From NCBI RefSeq assembly GCF_009914755.1, contig NC_060934.1: a stretch of 64,000 nt of DNA; one strand, written 5' to 3'. Shown here piece after piece: positions 52,294 to 64,000 of this stretch. The translations under genes and the position numbers were made by a program. Source of the DNA: the human T2T-CHM13v2.0 reference genome, Homo sapiens. Under the pieces are notes generated by a model. The model worked only from the letters and a program-made list of their open reading frames with translations, searched no databases and was not told where the DNA came from. Every line of letters begins with the position of its first letter. Position 1 is the stretch's first letter.

Positions 52294-54710
<2,417 letters not shown>

Positions 54711-54742
54711 CACTCCTAGTGGGTACTCCTAGTACCAAAATC

Positions 54743-54852
54743 GGTGTTAGTCAGGGTTCTCTAGAGGGACAGAACTAATAGGATATATATACTATATATA
54801 CTAATAGGATCAATATTTAATAAAACTCCCCTTTACATATATATATGTGTGT

Positions 54853-54914
<62 letters not shown>

Positions 54915-55292
54915 AGTATTGTATTGTATTAAGTATTAATCACACAGTCACAAGGTCCCACAATAGGCCATCTACAAGCTGAGGAGCAAGGAGAGCCACT
55001 CCGAGTCCCAAAACTGAAGAACTTGGGGTATGATATTCGAGGGCAGGAAGCATCCAACACAGGAGAAAAATGTAGGGCTGAGGGGCTAGGTCTAGTCTTT
55101 TCATGTTTTTCTGCCTGCTTTATATTTGCTGGCAGCTGATTAGATGGTGCCCACCCAGATTAAGGGTGGATCTGCCTTCCCAGACCACTGACTCAAATGT
55201 TAATCTCCTTTGGCAACACCCTCACAGACACACGCAGAATCAATACTTTGCATCTTTCAATCCAATCCAGTTGCTCATTATTAATCATCACA
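54743..55292 (-). mobile_element. MLT2A 5' LTR with expanded (TA/TG)n tract and micro-inversion
   Basis: Homologous to 51409-51849; about 110 extra bp in the microsatellite region. Confidence 0.93.
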
Positions 55293-55624
55293 AACCCTCA
55301 TTGCAGATAGTAAAACAAGTATGATAATTTGCATTGTACAAACAAGGAAATTAAGGTTTTGGATTTAAAAAATGATTTCAACTACTTTATGTTTATTTAT
55401 ATAAAATAAATATGTTAAATATAAATAAAAGTTTTTATTTAAAGTGTATAAATATAAATATACACTTGTAGTCAAATATATTTACATTGAAATATATTTT
55501 ATATTTATATTTATTTTAATGGCTACACATTTATTTTTAAATTCTTTTGGTAAATCGGATGTACACAAATTTTCTTAGTGATTTTCAGCTTTTAAAAGTA
55601 GAATGTGGTAATTTTACAGGTTAA

Positions 55625-55923
55625 TTTTTTTTTTTGAGATGGAATCTCTCTCTGTCACCCAGGCTGAGTGCAATACAGTGGTGTGATCTCAGCTTACTCA
55701 CAACCTCCACCTCCCAAGTTCAAGCGATTCTCCTGCCTCAGTCTCCCAAGGAGCTTGAACTACAGGTGTGCACCACCACGCTTGGCTAATTATTTGAATT
55801 TTTAGTAGAGATGAGGTTTCACCATGTTGGCCAGGCTGGTCTCAAACTCCTGACCTCAAGTGATCAGCCTACCTCGGCCTCCCAAAGTGCTGGGATTACA
55901 GGCCTGAGCCACGGCAAGTGGCC
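55625..55923 (-). mobile_element. AluS (Sz/Sx-like)
   Basis: Full length; TSD taca(g/a)gttaatttt at 55615-55628 and 55924-55937. Confidence 0.95.
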
Positions 55924-56792
55924 TACAAGTTAATTTTGAATGCTAGATAATTAAATTTGACAGGGTTTAATCAACTCGTTTAATGGTATGATAAGGAATG
56001 TTTAGGTAAGGACAGGAAACTTACAGAATGAAGTTACAGGAAGTTAAAAGAAAAGTTACATAATGTTAAATTCACGTTTCTACCCACTGCTTTTGGTATG
56101 TGTCAATTTGTATGTGCATCTGCCCGTGTGTGGGAGAATAACGGATAATGGCAGGGGGACGAGGTGGAGAGTAACATGAAGCAGAGAGAAAGGTTCCTCT
56201 AAGACTCAGCATCATTCCTGTCTGTATCTGATGATGCCCTGCACTTTAGGTAAAGCTTAGCAGTTTCTCAGCAAGCTTCAAGTTGTAACTTTGAACTCTT
56301 TTCTGTCCGTTTTTGCTTTAGACTCTGATCAAAATTACTTATATTTTTCCTTCAGCCAGAACAGAGCAAAGCCCTTCACCCATATGCTCCTCTTGAATAT
56401 TTTATGACTATATTTATGGCAATGCGTCAGTACAAAGTTGCTATTGGGGATCATTGTGCTTCTGAATGAAGGACATGGATTTAAAACCAACTAGAGGATT
56501 GTGGCTGGAAAACACATTGCTTTGGGGAGGAAAAGTAACGGCAGCACTGAAATAAAATAAAACCATAGCATGAGGTATAATATTTAGATTTGATTTAGAA
56601 TTAACTTATTTTCCCACACTTAAACAGAAAAGTGTCTCATTATCTGATATTAGTATCTATGAATAATGTGTAATTAAATTGACAATATTTCTCTTATCTT
56701 TCATCACATTATGAAATACTCCCATACATGGATTCTACCAGGTTAAACTTAACTATGAAATATTTTTTATTTAAGGGACCAAGCTGATTAAA

Positions 56793-56797
56793 GGAGA

Positions 56798-56837
<40 letters not shown>

Positions 56838-56850
56838 AAGAGAGAAAGAA
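56793..56850. repeat. (GA)n polypurine microsatellite
   Basis: Direct reading. Confidence 0.95.
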
Positions 56851-56985
56851 TTGTTCAGAAAATTATTCAGAAAAATGTCAACAGGGCCTCAGGAAAAAAG
56901 GAAGGAAAAAACACAAAACTCAAAACTAGCTGTTAATCTTTTCAGCAACATTGTGCTGAAAACCACCTGCCCAAAACCATCCTAA

Positions 56986-57324
<339 letters not shown>

Positions 57325-57927
57325 TTATGGGGAAGCACAATGATGTGGCTGGAAGAAAACTTACTGAGAAACGGCTGAGGTAGGGAGTGAAGAAGAATGT
57401 CTGGTGTGTCCCAGTTCCCCTGTGCTGATTCAGTGGTGCATACAGACCATCCTGTCCATTTGAACAGGGTCTTTTGTTAAGTGTAGGTGGAAAGAAGGGA
57501 AGGGAGGGATAGAGGGAGAAAGGTTGAGACAGTGAGGAAATAAGGGGCTCAAGCCTCTTGGTGTTTGATGGAGCTGTTACTGAGTAAGTGGCTTACTCCA
57601 TGAGGCAAGGTTTGGAATCCGGGCCTTATAAAGATTAAAAACTTGGAAAAGACATTTTGAATCTTAATTCTGATTCAGATCACAGCAAATCTAGACATTT
57701 AGCTGAATGGTGTGAGAAATGTTAAGATTGTTCCTAATTCAAAATGACAAATATGATTTGCTATTTCCCATTCCAAACTAAATGATACATTTCTCTGCAT
57801 CTTGAAGAGTTTTTTGTTGCTATTGTTATTTGTTTGACTGGTTTTTTATTGTTGTTATTTCTTTCTTTTTAAAATCTTTGTGTTCCCCACATAAACACTA
57901 ACACAAGTGGGAAGAGTTATAACTTAA

Positions 57928-58277
<350 letters not shown>

Positions 58278-59564
58278 AAAAAAAGTTTTTAAAAAAATAC
58301 TTGTTTCATTATCCTAGACTTGTGTTGTTCACATTATTAAGAGATTGAATGGCACTTTAGAAAATTTGGGGAAAAGGAATAAAGACAATATGTTCATTGT
58401 TCTACAAACCAAAAAACCCAAGAATCAACTTTTGCTGCATTTCTTTCATTAGTTTTTTTGTTTCTTTGCTGAGTTCTGTTTGTTGTTGCTGTTGTTGTTG
58501 TTAGTTTGATAACCAAAAGACCCAAACCCTTCCACAAAGGGACTTTCAGCAGAAACAGTGTGGTAGGGACCTGTAGTAAGGGCATGAACGTCACATGGAC
58601 TTGTTTGTGAATATTCACTGTGACATGCAGTGTCTGTATGACCATAAGCAAGTAACTTGAACTTTCTGAGCCTCGATTTCCTTATTTGAAAAAGAGGATA
58701 ACAATACCCATTTTTTAGAGCTTTGTGAAGACTGCAGCTAATGTGTGTGCAGTGCCCATCATGAAGCCTGGCCCCTACAGCAATGTGCCCCGTCACTGAC
58801 GTTTCTTGCCTCAGAATCATATTCATTGTTTTCCTTCTCCAACAAACAGCAGGAACATTGCAAATGTGGAACAAAAATGGTGAAAATAAGAATGATGGGT
58901 AGGTCCAAGGGGACAAACAGGACGGTGCTAGAAGGAGGAGTTCTGAAGAGAGGCAAAAATAACCACTGCTGGATTTGTAATCTTGACCAGGTGGTCTTCG
59001 TTTTTTCACTCTTCAACACTGTGGAATAAATAGTACAGTTAATATTTCAGGCTTAACTTTTTTGTCATCTGAGACATTCTGAGACATAAGTTATGCTTTC
59101 AAGGAGGTGTGTAACGAGCTATGAAAATAAAAAGCTCTGAATTGGAGTCATTTTGGGGGAATGTTGGAGTGAATAGTGTAACTTTCTCTAAATCTGTTTA
59201 GCAGCTCGTGGTAACAATATGCCAAATACATAAATTATGTGGTTACAAAAATCAGCTTTACACCCCTGTAATGTCTATTAACATTTGTATTAATATCAAA
59301 ATGTGTACATTTTAGAGATTTACTATAAAATACATCAAACTGGATGATTTTTTATTCTTGACATTTACAACATCCTTTCAAGATTTTTTTAAAAAACAAT
59401 ATTATGATTCTACACTCACACTACATAATTCTTTTCTGCATTTTATTTGGTTTTTAAATAACTAAAAATTTTAATTGCTTGAGCTGAAAAACTTTAACTA
59501 TAAAAGTAGTTTAATTATTCAAACAATGTAAAGATTTAATTAGCATCCTGAATTAGAATGATGA

Positions 59565-59780
59565 ATAATGGCTAATATTCTTTGAGTTCTCCTTAAATGG
59601 TAGATATTGTTTTAAGGGCTTCACATGTATTAACTCAATTATTACAACAATCTTATAAAATAACATTATGACTACTTTCATTTTACAGATGTGGCACAAT
59701 GGGGTTAGTGACTTGCCCCAGGTCACACAGTCAGCGTGATCAGTAGTTCAGGCAGTCTGATCTCAGAGCCTATGTCCTTG
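59565..59780 (-). mobile_element. MIR SINE
   Basis: aataatggctaatatt...ttttacagatgtggcacaatggggttagtgacttgccccaggtcacacag...caggcagtctgatctcagagcc. Confidence 0.8.
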
Positions 59781-60527
59781 TCAGTATGCTGCCTCTCTGC
59801 AGTAGCATCCGTTTAGTGAATACATAGTATGTGCCAGGTCAATGCTGAGAACTTTGTGTATCAAATTGTATTTCATATAATCTAACCTCTTTAATATCTC
59901 TATAAAGAATGACTATTGTACTCATTTTACACATAAGTAAAAGGAGGTTTATAGAAATGAGGTCATCTGCTTAATTCTTGTTATTTTTTTGGTGCTGCTC
60001 ACTATTCTGTTGCCTTATTTGGTATCTTTGCTGTTTCTGATGCTTCTGTTGGGGAGGCTCCCAAAATTAAGCCACCATCATGTATATCTCTTTGCTCATT
60101 TGGTCTTAGTTATATTGACTTGTTCTCCTCCTAAGTACTAATATACATTCCCCTGAGGTGAAAGGGCTCTCTACAGACAGGACTTGTAATTATTTTATAA
60201 GATTGCTCATACAGGCAGAAAAGGATTATTGATCACAATTTATCTAATAGCCAGTTCTTGAAACATTTGAAAGAAAGCCCGAGGAAGTTACATCAGAAGG
60301 CACATGAGTGGCACCAGCCAAGGAGAAACAAAAAAATCCTTCCCGACACAAGCTACAAAACCAAAATTATCCCAAGAAAGACTGCCCACCGCTTTATTAG
60401 TCCCAATTGCATTTTCGAGACCTCATGATCCAGGCCCTATGTCCATTTTAATATTTTCCTTAGTAGGTCTTTGGGTTAGGGGGAAATTAGATTATCCATG
60501 GGGCCTAAACTGGCATGCTAGAGCTTC

Positions 60528-60530
<3 letters not shown>

Positions 60531-60567
<37 letters not shown>
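60531..60567. repeat. (TG)n microsatellite (Z-DNA-prone)
   Basis: Direct reading, about 18 units. Confidence 0.95.
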
Positions 60568-60568
<1 letters not shown>

Positions 60569-62956
60569 TATGTGTGTGTATGTGTACACACGCACACATA
60601 TACACAGGCACCACAAAGATTTCGTTGTCCTCAGAATTTATTAGAACTCATTATATTTAGATTGACACCACATGAGATCAGAAAATGATTGTATTATGTA
60701 TAAGGTGAGTTTAAACCTTTAAAAATAAAAATAAAGAAAGCTTTACACTTGTTAACTTCTCAAGTTGTGAATTTTATTTTGTATTTAGTGGCAGAAGATG
60801 AAATGATTCCAGAAAAAAATTGTCTTTCTAATAAAATAATTCAATTAATAGCAAAATCCTTTGAAATAAATCATTTTATCATGGTGAAAATTAGGATGAA
60901 AACTCATGATCATTTACAGTATTCCCCTTTTTCCTTTGGTCATAGCAGTATTTTGTTACCTAATTTAAAGTGGAACATTGTACCTAACAATTACATGTTT
61001 TGAAGTACCAGCCAAATATAATGAAAACTTCTGGATCTTGATCAGAAACAATTAGATTTCTCTCAAAATCACTCCTTATTAAAGATCCGAAATAGTGTCA
61101 TGGTTTGTCATTACAAAGATCTGGGTTTGAACCCTGTCTCAACCAGTTTCAAACTATGCCACCGGGACACAGTAATCTTGTTCTACATAAAATAGAAATA
61201 AAATAATCTACTTTATAGGATTGTTACAAGGAAACATGATAATGCTTGCAAAGGGCTTAGCACAGTGCCAGGCAGATGCAAGCCCACAGGAACCTGTGAT
61301 GGTGTAAGAACGTGGAAATGACAGTGCTTTTTCCTGGGCTAAAGAGGGTCACGTACATTTGCTGCCCTTCCAGCCATGACCCACACATCTCTGTCTTACC
61401 AGTTCTTTGGCAGTGGTTTTGAAGAAGGTCAGAACTCCTCAGAATTCAAAGAACAGCTTTGTGCACGGATGTGACTCTTAGAATTCAGGCTTTCAATGAA
61501 GAACACTGCATAAAAACATATTGTTAGCAAATTCCGAAAAGATAGTTCTATTTATCAGATTTTCAAAGATAATGCCACTTGGAAAAAAACTAGTAAACGT
61601 GTTTCCAGTTTTCTCATTGAGAATCACCCCTGCATTGTTTCCCAGACCCCAGTGATTCACCACCACCTTTTTAAATAACTTATCAATATTTACATATTAT
61701 GTTTCTTAACATATTTTCACTTTTAACCCTAAATTGTTTCAATAATCTTGTTTCTGTTTAATTATTATCACCAACAAGAAACCAATATCAGCTGACATAA
61801 TAGAAGTTTTAAAAAGTACGTAATTATTCAAAAGAAGGTCTGTTCATGTCCCCTCACATGGTCCTACATGACATTTATTCCACATTTGGGAAATACTCAA
61901 CCACAGTATCCTTCCTCACTAGTTTCAGGAACATAAAGTTGATCACAAAAGCTTCCCCACTGGAATCCAGTATTCCTGCTATTCTTTAACTGTAGCATTC
62001 AGCCTCTTTATTTTAAAGATGAAGAATATGAAAGATAGAGGGTTTAATAATATGAGCAAGGGACACACAGCTTGTTGGAGGCTCTGTATGATATACTGTG
62101 GAGAATGTACAAGAGAAAATTAGTTAACAGGTATGTAGGTATAAAATTCACCACTTCTGTGATTAAGGTCATAAAATGATAAAGCAAACCATAGAATTGT
62201 AGGGAATGAGTAAAGTGAAAAATTGTAGAACATAGTAGGACCGAGTCTTTTATATATCATTATTAAACGTGAGTTAATGGGATGGATATACTTCTTAGTT
62301 CATTGTTTTCTCATTTTCCCCTATGCCATTTTTGGTATGTGATTGTCTCAAACTGACACCTCTCTTTATATTTAATTAAGTTATATTTGTATTCAGTATC
62401 CTCATCGTGATCATGAAAAAATAGAGCTGCACTGGGCACTATGCCCCTAAGTATAATAACTATCCTGTATCTCTTGGTTGGATGAGACTTGGAAAATATT
62501 AGCCATTGATTTTTCTATCTCCCTTTCAAAGGAATCCCCACATATTCTTGGATATGGAACATGGCAAAGCCCTATGGGAGACACATGTTTTACGTTAACC
62601 TCCCCGCTCCAAAAGAAAGCAGTTGTGTTTGCCTTTCTGTCTTCCTTACCCTTCGCAGTTTCTATTAGTAAATGTTTATCGTTTTTATTCTTCTATGCTT
62701 TCCTTATGCTGGCCTTCTAGCAACTGTGAGTGAGATAAAAGAACAGGAGAAAGCTCAATTAATTTATTCATGATTTATCTGCCTGACTTTGAATAAGCTC
62801 ATGTATCTCATAAGAATTTCAGAGCTCCTCCAGTTTTTTAGTTAGCCTTGAGATTCTGGAACTTTAGGTAGAATTGCAGAACTCGAGAGCCATAGGTATA
62901 CCAAAACTAAAGAGGGAGCGTCATCTTCCCTTCTAGTCCCTAACTGAATAAGGGAT

Positions 62957-63033
62957 GTTGGCTGAATCATACAACACTATCAATTTGTAGACTAAAATGG
63001 CCAAAAATAGGCAATTTTGTATAATTGAGCCTA
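62957..63033. mobile_element. MADE2-like mariner MITE (degenerate)
   Basis: About 80-bp imperfect palindrome ttggctgaatcatacaa...ggcaattttgtataattgagccta. Confidence 0.6.
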
Positions 63034-64000
63034 TGGGCAGAGGAAAGAACATTCATTACTACCCTGTAACTAAGGTCACTCAACATGGGACTAGCAACAA
63101 GTAGACATTGGTTGCCTATAACATACGGACCTAACTACAGATATATCTAGTTCTTGGAAGCCCAATCTTTTGATAAATGTTAAATCACAAAATGAAATAA
63201 GCAAAGATGAGATCTAAGCCAGGCAATCAAGTCTCAGCTCTGGACTAATGCAACGAATGAATGAGAATGTAGCCAATAGCTGTTGCTATATGATGAGTGA
63301 GGCTGTTTAACAAATGAATGTGCAACTTTGTAATGTGTAGCCAAGATGTAGCCCCATAGAAAACTACAGTGGAGGGCTATTGAATGTGGCAGACACACAC
63401 ACTAATGCAATGAATATTTTAGGGAGCACTATTGGGTAATCTTGTAGGCTGAGAGGGCACATCATCAAGATTCATTAACACCACTCATAATCCAAGGGAA
63501 AATTTCCATGCATACATTATGGGAAAGACTATTGTTTAGGATTGCAGATACACATAGCAGGAGTTGCTTTAGATTGTTTTGGGGGCGAAAGTAATATTTT
63601 TTTCAGTATTCAAATATGTCTTACGTAGTTATTTCTGATAAGGAAGAAACATTTGTTAATCCAATAGGAAACCATACTAGCTTAGTTATAAAAATTGTAT
63701 TTTTTTCACTTACTTTTGCAATTTGATCCAATTGAAAAAGTCATGTATTGTGATTTTTATGACAGCATTCTCACATTTCTATCCTTTAAATGTGTTCATA
63801 TATTTGGGACTTAAAGTTATATGAGAAATAATTTATTTTATTTTAAATTGAAATAGTCACAGGTATACAGCACAGGTGCAGTATATCAGTGACAATCACT
63901 GATTCTCAAGGAAGTGAAGGGAGAAGGAGAGGGCAAGCAGTAAATCCTGAGGAATCTTATGTAAAAGAATTGAAGGACCAGTGAAACAAAACAAGATTTT

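Noticed and set aside
55380-55545. Very AT-rich stretch resembling an origin or MAR
   Set aside because: Simple low-complexity DNA; no function can be supported from sequence.
58449-59009. Longest ORF (186 aa, minus strand)
   Set aside because: It runs through a MIR (YCYPLFQIRKSRLRKFKLLAYGHT is a typical MIR translation) and a low-complexity tract; no recognisable domain.

Overview
This is AT-rich, non-coding hominine (human or African ape) genomic DNA. The taxon call rests on Alu S/J copies, L1PA 3' ends and an SVA_D-like insertion. I recognise no intact cellular protein-coding gene; the ORF track is explained by repeats (L1, Alu, SVA VNTR, decayed HERV-L pol) or by chance. Main features: an internally deleted HERV-L provirus with two MLT2A LTRs and a perfect 5-bp TSD (51409-55292), a 5'-truncated SVA with a 16-bp TSD (36811-38097), a solo ERV1 LTR inserted into an Alu, a seven-element nested transposon stack (17.7-20.4 kb) in which two L1s used the same cut site, many MaLR/ERVL LTRs and hAT/Tigger/mariner MITEs, and a strong CTCF motif at 34.2 kb. 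The most interesting hypotheses are a spliced minus-strand lncRNA possibly driven by the MLT2A LTR (DUX4-like motifs) and recurrent inversion or deletion at the (TA)n tract of MLT2 LTRs. All repeat subfamily names come from recalled consensus sequences, not a database search. I found no well-supported previously undescribed biological system.
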